Source: an uncultured Clostridia bacterium (lineage in GTDB: Bacteria > Bacillota > Clostridia > TANB77 > CAG-508). From it: DNA of 64,000 bases. Both the position numbers and the translations under genes were made by a program. Shown one piece after another: positions 22,647-30,591 of this stretch; positions within the stretch are counted from its first letter, which is position 1; each line of letters opens with the position of its first letter. The stretch lies in assembly GCA_963557785.1 (NCBI GenBank), contig CAUWBF010000001.1, positions 161,889 to 225,888 on the forward strand, in the 5' to 3' direction. The notes under the pieces were generated by a model. That model was not told the DNA's origin. It did no database searches and was given only the letters and a program-made list of their open reading frames with translations.

Positions 22647-23495
22647 ATGAGTACTATTAGAGTATATGCATTTGTTGGACCATCGGGAACAGGTAAAAGC
22701 TATAGAGCTCAAATGGTTGCAAATGAAAATAATATAAATTATATAATAGATGATGGACTTTTTATTAAAGATAATGAAATTGTTGCTGGACAATCTGCAA
22801 AAAAAGCACCAACAAAAGTTGAAACAGTAAAAAAAGCATTATTTTTAAATAAAGAACAAAAAGAAGAAATAATAAATGCAATAAAAAAATATAAACCAGA
22901 ATCAATTTTGATATTAGGTACATCTGATGGAATGGTAGAAAAAATTGCAGAAAACCTAGAACTACCTAAAATAGAAAAAATTATATATATATCTGAAATA
23001 GCTACACCAGAAGAAATGCAGGAAGCTAGAAGAAGTAGAGTAACAGAAGGAAAACATGTTATTCCAGTACCTACTTTTGAAATTAAAAAAGATTTTTCAG
23101 GATATATATTAGATCCTTTACAAATATTTAAATCTAAAGGTAGGGGGAGTAAACCATATATATCAGAAAAATCAATAATAAGACCTACTTTTAGTTATTT
23201 AGGAAATTTTACTATTTCAGATGCAGTTTTTAGACAAATTACAGAACATTTAGCAAAAAAAGAAAAAACTATTTATAAAGTTTTAAGGACTAGAGCAGAG
23301 AGTTATGAAGAAGGTCCATATATTTACCTAGAAGTAATGGTAGAATATGGATATAATGTTGTAGAGTCCGTAGAACATTTTAAAACCAAAGTTATAAAAG
23401 AAATTAGTAAAATGACTACTATGGATGTAAAATCTATAGAAATAGTTGTAAAAGGTATTCATATGCCAGATAATAATGAAAAGGTGGAGAAATAA
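22647..23495 (+). CDS. P-loop NTPase (kinase-like) fused to a C-terminal Asp23/Gls24-like domain
   Basis: Walker A GPSGTGKS at residues ~12-19 counted from the ATG at 22647 (RBS AGGAGAG). The last ~100 aa (GNFTISDAVFRQI...YIYLEVMVEYGYNVVESVEHFKTKVIKEISKMTTMDVKSIEIVVKGI) follow the Asp23 pattern. The stop lies 1 nt before the cmk ATG. Confidence 0.6.
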   Translation: MSTIRVYAFVGPSGTGKSYRAQMVANENNINYIIDDGLFIKDNEIVAGQSAKKAPTKVETVKKALFLNKEQKEEIINAIKKYKPESILILGTSDGMVEKIAENLELPKIEKIIYISEIATPEEMQEARRSRVTEGKHVIPVPTFEIKKDFSGYILDPLQIFKSKGRGSKPYISEKSIIRPTFSYLGNFTISDAVFRQITEHLAKKEKTIYKVLRTRAESYEEGPYIYLEVMVEYGYNVVESVEHFKTKVIKEISKMTTMDVKSIEIVVKGIHMPDNNEKVEK

Positions 23496-23496
23496 T

Positions 23497-24168
23497 ATGT
23501 CATTTGTAGTTGCGATAGATGGACCTGCAGGAAGTGGAAAAGGTACAATAACAAAAAATGTTGCAGAAAGATTAAACTTAATTAATATTGATACAGGAGC
23601 AATGTATAGATGTATAGCATTAAAAGCATTACAAGAAAATATAAGTAGTTCAGAAATATCAAAAATAGAAGAAATGGTAAATAGTAATATTTTAATTGAA
23701 CTAAAGAGAGAAAATAATGAACAAAAAGTTTTCTTAAATGGAGAAGATGTTTCTAAAAAAATAAGAACAATAGAAGTAGATAATTGTGTTGCTAAATATG
23801 CTGCCTTAAAATGTGTTAGAGATAGCGTAACCCCAATGCAAAGAAAAATGTCTGAACTTGGAAATATTATTATGGAAGGTAGAGATATAGGAACAACAGT
23901 ATTTCCAAATGCAGATGTAAAAATATATTTAAATGCTTCAGTAGAAGAAAGAGCAAAAAGAAGATATAAACAAGATATAGAAAAAGGTATGAATGTAACT
24001 TATGAAGAAATATTAAGAGGAATTATAGAAAGACATAAATTAGAAACAGAAAGAGAAATCTCACCTTTAGTAAAAGCAGAAGATGCAATCGAGATAGATA
24101 CCAGTAATATGACAATAGAACAAGTTACAGAAAAAGTTTGTGAAATTATAAAAAGTAAAATTAAATAG
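23497..24168 (+). CDS. cmk: Cytidylate kinase
   Basis: IAIDGPAGSGKGT, DTGAMYR, GRDIGTVVFP-type motifs. Start taken at the ATG at 23497. Confidence 0.95.
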   Translation: MSFVVAIDGPAGSGKGTITKNVAERLNLINIDTGAMYRCIALKALQENISSSEISKIEEMVNSNILIELKRENNEQKVFLNGEDVSKKIRTIEVDNCVAKYAALKCVRDSVTPMQRKMSELGNIIMEGRDIGTTVFPNADVKIYLNASVEERAKRRYKQDIEKGMNVTYEEILRGIIERHKLETEREISPLVKAEDAIEIDTSNMTIEQVTEKVCEIIKSKIK

Positions 24169-24177
24169 GAGAAAATT

Positions 24178-24786
24178 ATGAAAAAAGTTTTTAAAAGTAT
24201 TGTAAGAGTTATAGTAAGAGCAGGAATCATATTTTATTGTAAAATAGTATATAGACTAAAAGTAACAGGAAAAGAAAAAAGAGTAAAAGAAGGACCAGTA
24301 ATTTTTTGTGGAAATCATAGAACTTATTTAGATCCACCATTAATAGTTGTAACAGCTGGAAGGCATGTAAGATTTTTAGCAAAAGAAGAGTTATATAAAA
24401 ATAAATTTTTAGCATTTTTAGGATGGGCATTTGATGCGGTTGCAGTTAAAAGAGATAATAAAGATATAGCTGCACTAAAAACTACATTAAAAGGTTTAAA
24501 AGCAGATGAGGCATTTGCAATGTTCCCAGAAGGAACAAGAAACGGATTAGCAAAAGGAGAAGATGTAAAAGAAGGAGCAGCATTCTTTGCGTTAAAAACT
24601 GGAGCTAAAGTACAACCAGTAGGAATAGTTGGAGGAAGCAAACCTTTTGAGAAAGTTTATGTTAATTATGGTGACCCATTAGATTATAGTGAATATGTAT
24701 CAAAAAATCCTGATAAAGAGACCTTGGCAAAGGTAAGCGAAGAAATAATGGATAACATAATTAAGTTGACAAAATCAGAGCATTAA
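24178..24786 (+). CDS. plsC: 1-acyl-sn-glycerol-3-phosphate acyltransferase
   Basis: HX4D motif (NHRTYLD) and FPEGTR. Confidence 0.9.
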   Translation: MKKVFKSIVRVIVRAGIIFYCKIVYRLKVTGKEKRVKEGPVIFCGNHRTYLDPPLIVVTAGRHVRFLAKEELYKNKFLAFLGWAFDAVAVKRDNKDIAALKTTLKGLKADEAFAMFPEGTRNGLAKGEDVKEGAAFFALKTGAKVQPVGIVGGSKPFEKVYVNYGDPLDYSEYVSKNPDKETLAKVSEEIMDNIIKLTKSEH

Positions 24787-24808
24787 TATATAATATTGTA
24801 CATCTAAA

Positions 24809-24837
24809 GACGTTTTCAAAAGAAAACGTCATTTATT
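24809..24837 (+). terminator. Stem-loop terminator after plsC
   Basis: GACGTTTTC-(AAAA)-GAAAACGTC followed by ATTTATT. Confidence 0.6.
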
Positions 24838-24891
24838 AAGAATATATATAATTTTTCATACAAAAGAGATAAAAATTAGGAAGGTGAAAAT

Positions 24892-25980
24892 ATGTCAGAA
24901 GACAATTTTGAGGAATTATTAAACAATTCAATGAAAGAAATTAATTTAGGAAAGACAGTTACAGGTAAAGTAATAAATATAACATCAAAGGATGAGATAA
25001 TAGTAGATTTAGGATACAAAGCAGATGGAATAATACCTAAACAAGAATATTCATTTGATGAGGATGAGAACCCAAGAGATGAAATTAAAATAGGAGATAG
25101 TATAACAGCAGATGTATTAAAAATGAATGACGGTGTAGGAAATGTACTATTGTCTTATAAAAGATATAAAGCAAGAAATTCAAGGGCAAAATTAGAAAAT
25201 AAATTCAAAAATGAAGAAATATTTGAAGAAAAAATATCAGAAGTTACAGATAAGGGATTTATAGTTAATTATGCTGGAATGCGTATATTTATACCACTAT
25301 CTTTATCTGGAATTACAAGAAATGAAGATATAGAAGAATATAAGAACAAAAAAGTAAAATTTAAAATAATAGAATGTGATTTAAAAAATAGGAGAATAAT
25401 AGGCTCAATTAAAATTCTTAAAGATGAAGAAGATAGAAAAAAGTCTGAAAAATTTTGGAACGATATTGAAGTTGGAAAAGAATGTGAAGGTAAAGTAACA
25501 AGCTTGAGTGCTTATGGAGCTTTTGTAGATTTAGGAGTTGTTCAAGGATTATTACATATATCCGAAATGACTTGGGAGAAAAATAAAAATCCAAATGATA
25601 TATTAAAAGTAGGACAGATGATTAAAGTAAAAGCAATAGAAGTAGATAAAGAAAATAAAAGAATAAAACTATCTTATTTAGAAAAAGGACCTAATCCTTG
25701 GGAAAAGGTAAAAGAAAAATACAATGTGAATGATATTTTAACTGTAAAAGTTGTAAAATTAATGCCTTTTGGAGTTTTTGTAGAGCTAGAGCCAGGAATA
25801 GAAGGATTAGTTCATATTTCTCAAATTTGTGAAAAAAGAATAACAAAACCTGAAGAAGAATTAAAAGTAGGACAAAAAGTTAATGCAAAAATATTAAATA
25901 TAGATGAAGAAAATAAAAAAATAGAACTTACAATAAAAGAACTTGAAGGAACAAGTAATGAATATAAAGAAGAAATTTAA
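24892..25980 (+). CDS. rpsA: 30S ribosomal protein S1 (four S1 domains)
   Basis: Repeated S1 OB-fold signatures (G.V..i....a.VdlG...Glvhis.), for example GKVTSLSAYGAFVDLG and VVKLMPFGVFVELEPGIEGLVHISQ. Confidence 0.88.
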   Translation: MSEDNFEELLNNSMKEINLGKTVTGKVINITSKDEIIVDLGYKADGIIPKQEYSFDEDENPRDEIKIGDSITADVLKMNDGVGNVLLSYKRYKARNSRAKLENKFKNEEIFEEKISEVTDKGFIVNYAGMRIFIPLSLSGITRNEDIEEYKNKKVKFKIIECDLKNRRIIGSIKILKDEEDRKKSEKFWNDIEVGKECEGKVTSLSAYGAFVDLGVVQGLLHISEMTWEKNKNPNDILKVGQMIKVKAIEVDKENKRIKLSYLEKGPNPWEKVKEKYNVNDILTVKVVKLMPFGVFVELEPGIEGLVHISQICEKRITKPEEELKVGQKVNAKILNIDEENKKIELTIKELEGTSNEYKEEI

Positions 25981-25999
25981 AAGGTGAGGGAGTAAAAAA

Positions 26000-27814
26000 A
26001 TGATAAATGATAAAATAAGAAATATTGCAATTATTGCCCATGTTGATCATGGAAAAACAACATTAGTGGATGCTCTTTTAAAACAAAGTCATGTTTTTAG
26101 AGAGAATGAACAAGTAGCAGAAAGAATAATGGACTCAAATGATCTAGAAAAAGAAAGAGGAATAACAATACTTTCAAAAAATACATCAGTTATGTATAAC
26201 GATGTAAAAATAAATATTGTAGATACACCAGGACACGCAGACTTTGGTGGAGAGGTAGAAAGAGTTTTAAAAACTGTAGATGGTGTTTTATTATTAGTTG
26301 ATGCTTTTGAAGGACCTATGCCACAAACAAGAGAAGTTCTAAAAAAATCATTAGCACTAAATCTAAAACCTATAGTTGTAATAAATAAAATTGATAGACC
26401 AGGATCAAATCCAGAAAAAGTTGTAGACCAAGTTATAGAATTATTTATAGAATTAGATGCATCTGATGAACAACTAGATTTCCCAGTTATATATGCATCT
26501 GCAAAAAATGGAATTGCTAAAATGAGTATGGATGAAGAATCTGATAATATTAATTGTATATTTGAAACGATTATAAAAGAAATAAATCCACCAGCATGTG
26601 ATGAAGAAGGACCAGTTCAAATGTTAGTATCTAACATAGATTATGATGATTATGTTGGAAGAATAGCAGTAGGTAGACTAGAACGTGGTATAATGAAAGC
26701 CAATTCACCAGTTGTTGTATGTAAAAAGGATGATAAAGTAGTTAATGCAAGAGTTGTTAAAGTATATACACATGTTGGATTAAATAAAGTTGAGGTTGAC
26801 GAAGCAAAGGCAGGAGATATTATAGAATTATCAGGTATAGCAGATATTAATATTGGTGAAACAATATGTGATATGAATAACCCAGAAAAGATAGATTTTA
26901 TTGATATTGATGAACCAACTGTATCTATGACATTTAGTGTTAACAATGGACCTTTAGCAGGTAGAGAAGGACAATTTATTACTTCTAGACACATAAGAGA
27001 TAGATTATTTAAAGAACTTGAAAGAAATGTAAGTTTAAGAGTAAAGGAAACAGAATCACCAGATTCATTTGAAGTTTCTGGACGTGGTGAATTACACTTA
27101 TCTGTATTAATTGAAACTATGAGAAGAGAAGGTTTTGAATTATTAGTATCTCGTCCAAAGGTTATTATAAAAGAAATTAATGGAGTAAAATGTGAACCAA
27201 TCGAAAGATTAGTTGTAAATGTACCAGATGATTGTATAGGAAATGTAATAGAAAAATTAGGACAAAGAAAAGCTGAAATGGTTAATATGGAACCAGCAGA
27301 AGAAGGACATACAAAAATAGAATTCAAAATACCTGCAAGAGGATTAATTGGATATAGAACAGAATTCTTAACAGATACAAAAGGCGAAGGTGTTATGAAC
27401 CATATATTTGATTCATACGAGCCATTTAAAGGAGAAGTTATTTCTAGAGTAAGAGGAACTATAGTTGCATTTGAAGCAGGAAAATCTGTAACATATGGAT
27501 TATATAATGCTCAAGATAAAGGAGAACTATTTATAGGACCTGGTGTAGAAGTTTATGAAGGAATGATAGTAGGATTAAACTCTAGAGGAGAAGACTTATC
27601 TATAAATGTATGTAAAGAAAAACATTTAACTAATACTAGAGCTTCAGGATCTGATGATGCACTAAGATTAGTTCCACCAATTCAAATGTCTCTTGAAAAG
27701 GCAATCGAATTTATACAAGATGACGAATTAGTAGAAGTAACACCACAATCAATTAGATTAAGAAAGAAAACATTAGATACTAAAACAAGAGAAAGAGAAG
27801 CAAGAAGATCATAA
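26000..27814 (+). CDS. typA: Translational GTPase TypA/BipA
   Basis: IRNIAIIAHVDHGKTTL, DTPGHADFGGEVER, NKIDR; 604 aa. Confidence 0.96.
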   Translation: MINDKIRNIAIIAHVDHGKTTLVDALLKQSHVFRENEQVAERIMDSNDLEKERGITILSKNTSVMYNDVKINIVDTPGHADFGGEVERVLKTVDGVLLLVDAFEGPMPQTREVLKKSLALNLKPIVVINKIDRPGSNPEKVVDQVIELFIELDASDEQLDFPVIYASAKNGIAKMSMDEESDNINCIFETIIKEINPPACDEEGPVQMLVSNIDYDDYVGRIAVGRLERGIMKANSPVVVCKKDDKVVNARVVKVYTHVGLNKVEVDEAKAGDIIELSGIADINIGETICDMNNPEKIDFIDIDEPTVSMTFSVNNGPLAGREGQFITSRHIRDRLFKELERNVSLRVKETESPDSFEVSGRGELHLSVLIETMRREGFELLVSRPKVIIKEINGVKCEPIERLVVNVPDDCIGNVIEKLGQRKAEMVNMEPAEEGHTKIEFKIPARGLIGYRTEFLTDTKGEGVMNHIFDSYEPFKGEVISRVRGTIVAFEAGKSVTYGLYNAQDKGELFIGPGVEVYEGMIVGLNSRGEDLSINVCKEKHLTNTRASGSDDALRLVPPIQMSLEKAIEFIQDDELVEVTPQSIRLRKKTLDTKTREREARRS

Positions 27815-27821
27815 TATAAGA

Positions 27822-27853
27822 GGGGCTTTACATTAAAGTATAAGCCCTTTTTT
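27822..27853 (+). terminator. Terminator after typA
   Basis: GGGCTT...AAGCCC stem followed by TTTTTT. Confidence 0.65.
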
Positions 27854-27869
27854 AATAAAGGAGTATAAA

Positions 27870-28457
27870 ATGAATAAAGAAGAACTAGAGAAAATAAAAC
27901 AAAAAGCTTTAGAGAATCATATTCCAATAATAATGGATGATACCTTACAAGTAATAGACAAATTATTAAAAGAAAATAAACCCAATAAAATATTAGAAAT
28001 TGGTGCAGCAGTAGGATATTCTGCTATATGTTTTTCAGAATATTTAAATGAAGGTGGAAAAATAGATACTATAGAAAGAGATCACGAAAGAGTTATCGAA
28101 GCAAGAGAAAATATTATAAAAGCTGATGTAGAAGATAAAATAAATATATTCGAAGGTGACGCAGTGGATATACTTCCAACTTTTGATGATAAATATGATG
28201 TAGTCTTCATAGATGCTGCAAAAGGGAAATATCCATTTTTCTTAGAACAAGCAAAGAGAATGTTAAACGAAAAAGGAATTATTTTAGCAGACAATATTCT
28301 ATATAAAGGATATGTATTAAGTGATTATAATAAACATAAACAACGTACAGCAGTAAGAAATTTAAGAGAATATATAAAATTAACAACAGAAGATCCTAAT
28401 TTTGAAACAGAAATATTAGAAGTAGGAGATGGATTAGCTATAAGTAAACTAAAATAA
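27870..28457 (+). CDS. trmR: SAM-dependent O-methyltransferase, YrrM/TrmR-like (tRNA 5-hydroxyuridine methyltransferase family)
   Basis: Collinear with B. subtilis YrrM as I recall it: HIPIIMDD, ILEIGAAVGYSAI, DVVFIDAAKGKY, and the C-terminal VGDGLAISK. Confidence 0.7.
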   Translation: MNKEELEKIKQKALENHIPIIMDDTLQVIDKLLKENKPNKILEIGAAVGYSAICFSEYLNEGGKIDTIERDHERVIEARENIIKADVEDKINIFEGDAVDILPTFDDKYDVVFIDAAKGKYPFFLEQAKRMLNEKGIILADNILYKGYVLSDYNKHKQRTAVRNLREYIKLTTEDPNFETEILEVGDGLAISKLK

Positions 28458-28490
28458 CACTATATAATAAAATATATAGTGTTATTTTTT
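28453..28490. terminator. Bidirectional terminator between trmR and the convergent SAS-like gene
   Basis: AATAACACTATAT...ATATAGTGTTATT long stem followed by TTTTTT. Confidence 0.75.
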
Positions 28491-29271
28491 ATTCACAATA
28501 TTTTAATTGTAGAGTATTCATATAAGTATCGAAATCGATATCAAAAAAGTATTTAAATCTCTCTTCAAAACTTTTTTCAATTACAGTTAAATAATGATTT
28601 TTAGTATTATGAACCAATTGTAAATAATGAGGTAAGAAATATTCTGCTTGGTGTCTATTATGAATAGAATTTAAAAGAGGTGTCCTTGATTTGTAACTTG
28701 CAGAATGACTTGCAGGTCCGTTTTCTTCATGCTCCTTCATTCTAAAAGTTTTAATTTGAGTTTCAGCAAGAAAATTATTATTTGGTTCATTAGGAACTTG
28801 CAGAATTCTTTTTAAGTGTATTGCTTTATATCCATTGTCTTTAGGACATTCTATATAATCTTTAGATTTATTTGGAATAGTTATGCTGTTTTTACATTTG
28901 TTATTTAAAAAATCTTCAATTTTATAACATGCATCGACTAATTTATCTTCTTCTTGACTACCATTAACAGAATTTACGATAATTTTGCTTCCAAATATAT
29001 CATAAATTCTACCAGTATTTCCTTCTGCAATTTTTCTATCAATTTTTTCTCTATAACTATATTCAGATTTAACTCTAATTTCAATATTAAAATCAATATC
29101 TGGAAATTCTCTTTTTAAACTTAAATATTCTTGCATCATATGAAATTTATAATTGTTTAAATATTTTTCGATATATGGCTTATACATTTGATATAATTTA
29201 TTTTTTCTGCTTATTATAGATTTTTCACTATCTGGTAAAGTATATAAATCCCTTATATTATTTGATGACAT
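28489..29271 (-). CDS. Divergent RelA/SpoT-domain protein (small alarmone synthetase-like nucleotide pyrophosphokinase)
   Basis: Ordered SAS motifs: RVKSEYSYREKIDRK (R.K..S...K), YDIFGSKII (DIAG.RI), NGYKAIHLK (GY.S.H), ETQIKTFRMKEHEE...SHSASYK (EIQIRT....H...YK). Confidence 0.6.
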   Translation of the reverse strand: MSSNNIRDLYTLPDSEKSIISRKNKLYQMYKPYIEKYLNNYKFHMMQEYLSLKREFPDIDFNIEIRVKSEYSYREKIDRKIAEGNTGRIYDIFGSKIIVNSVNGSQEEDKLVDACYKIEDFLNNKCKNSITIPNKSKDYIECPKDNGYKAIHLKRILQVPNEPNNNFLAETQIKTFRMKEHEENGPASHSASYKSRTPLLNSIHNRHQAEYFLPHYLQLVHNTKNHYLTVIEKSFEERFKYFFDIDFDTYMNTLQLKYCE

Positions 29272-29339
29272 TTAATCACTCCTTTAAAAACGCAAAAATT
29301 ATTATACTATATATAGGATCATATATCAAGAAAAACAAT

Positions 29340-29915
29340 CTAAAATAATTTGACATATTTTATGCAAGAAAGTACAATATCCGACATAAAAATGATAGTA
29401 AAAATTGTAATAATGTTAACTTGCATAATCGAAGATAACCTATTTAATAATTTTTCTGTAATCTTTTTTATAAAGGGATGTATATTATTTATAAATATAA
29501 TTCCAGCAATACCCCAAAATAAAGTATACAGCAAACTAATTCTACCATTTATATTAAAGAAATCGTTAGTATAATCCCATAAACGTATTTTAAGGACAGC
29601 TTCTAAAGCAAATCCAGCTAAGTATTCAAATATAGAAAATACTACAGCAGATACAAAGAAATTCTTGAGTGAATTATCTTTATATTTACTAATAAATAAG
29701 AGCATAATTATTGCTCCAAAACCATAAATAGGACATAATGGACCATATAAAAAACCACGTTTAGAAAATCTACCCAGCAAGCATAAGGCATATATAGTTT
29801 CTAAAGTCCATCCTAAAAAAGAATATATATAAAAATATAATATTAAGCTTTGTTTGTTAGATAAAGAATTTCTAACTACTAAAGCAGTACATTCATTATT
29901 AAGATCTTTTTTCAT
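29340..29915 (-). CDS. Polytopic membrane protein of the 'putative ABC-transporter type IV' (DUF1113/CmpB-like) family
   Basis: IYSFLGWTLETIY...KRGFLYGPLCPIYGFGAII...WDYT...NGRISL pattern; about 5-6 TM helices. Confidence 0.6.
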   Translation of the reverse strand: MKKDLNNECTALVVRNSLSNKQSLILYFYIYSFLGWTLETIYALCLLGRFSKRGFLYGPLCPIYGFGAIIMLLFISKYKDNSLKNFFVSAVVFSIFEYLAGFALEAVLKIRLWDYTNDFFNINGRISLLYTLFWGIAGIIFINNIHPFIKKITEKLLNRLSSIMQVNIITIFTIIFMSDIVLSCIKYVKLF

Positions 29916-29975
29916 AAATCCTCCTATTATCCAGGTAACATAATAACATATATTTTACTTTTTGTAAATATACGT

Positions 29976-30003
29976 GCGAGCTTTGTATGCTACAAAGCCC
30001 GCT
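29976..30003 (-). terminator. GC-rich hairpin overlapping the stop of the 150-aa ORF
   Basis: GCGAGCTTTGTA-(3 nt)-TACAAAGCCCGC, 11/12 paired. The downstream U-tract on the - strand is weak. Confidence 0.35.
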
Positions 30004-30442
30004 CTACTGAGTAAATACCAAGTGAATACTCACGATAGTTTAACTCAAGTTTAGAAGAATATAGTGGCTCCGAATGCCTAAATTTTTGTGAAAAAATACC
30101 ATTTGGATGGAACAAATAGAAGTGATAATCCCTGCAAGGAGTATCCATTCTAGTTATCTGAATAACTCTCTTCTTCAACACTATGTTTGAAATGTCTGAA
30201 TAATTTATATCAACTAATTTAAGTCCCATAAGACAAAGTTCATCTGATAATATATTCAAAAATTCAGTATCTGAAGTAGAAGAATCTACAGTTGTTCCTA
30301 AAAAATCACCAATACAATAATCACACATAATACCCATAGCATACGCATGACATGGAATTTCCAGAGGTATTTTTACATTAGTTTTGTTATCGGAGTCAAA
30401 TGCTAGGTTTACAAGTTGCCGAAAATTTGCAGTATCCTTCAT
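29990..30442 (-). CDS. Hypothetical 150-aa cytoplasmic protein with a Cys...His arrangement reminiscent of a papain-fold (C39-like) domain
   Basis: The long ORF has a GGAGGA RBS upstream of the ATG. It uses CGG/CGT/AGG Arg codons that are rare in neighbouring genes. The motifs EIPCHAYAMGIMCDY and DYHFYLFHPNG are only suggestive. Confidence 0.45.
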   Translation of the reverse strand: MKDTANFRQLVNLAFDSDNKTNVKIPLEIPCHAYAMGIMCDYCIGDFLGTTVDSSTSDTEFLNILSDELCLMGLKLVDINYSDISNIVLKKRVIQITRMDTPCRDYHFYLFHPNGIFSQKFRHSEPLYSSKLELNYREYSLGIYSVERAL

Positions 30443-30493
30443 AATATTAATCCTCCTTGGATAACATAATATCTATATTATAACATAGAAATT

Positions 30494-30528
30494 AAATAAT
30501 GTAAAATTATGAAAAATAATGTAGAATT
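30494..30528 (+). repeat. Two 15-nt direct repeats with 20-nt periodicity, immediately upstream of a -35 box
   Basis: AAATAATGTAAAATT at 30494-30508 and AAATAATGTAGAATT at 30514-30528 (14/15 identical). Confidence 0.5.
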
Positions 30529-30531
30529 TAG

Positions 30532-30560
30532 TTGAACAAAAAAAGGTGTTATGATAAAAT
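30532..30560 (+). promoter_or_regulatory. SigA-type promoter of the 291-aa membrane protein gene
   Basis: TTGAAC, a 17-nt spacer, then TAAAAT with a TG extended -10 (TGATAAAAT). Confidence 0.5.
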
Positions 30561-30591
30561 TTTGATAGTTTTTATTCGTAAGGAGAACTAA

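Noticed and set aside
26650-27327. 225-aa minus-strand ORF inside typA
   Set aside because: It is antisense to a highly conserved GTPase, with no RBS and an S/T/I/F-rich product. The same reasoning applies to the other antisense track entries:
- 1816-2004, 3687-3869, 4477-4659, 7539-7757;
- 12899-13111, 13669-14019, 20317-20568, 24324-24641;
- 34709-35083, 36036-36305, 40541-40756, 41006-41317;
- 42334-42603, 45053-45373, 47877-48164, 51027-51263;
- 52622-52930, 56744-57376, 62370-62971.
28489-29340. Calling the SAS-like gene a bona fide toxSAS toxin-antitoxin module
   Set aside because: There is no small ORF upstream in the 68-nt gap, or downstream where a bidirectional terminator abuts trmR, that could encode an antitoxin. 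The protein is too short for an obvious fused antitoxin domain. I report it only as a divergent SAS-like enzyme.
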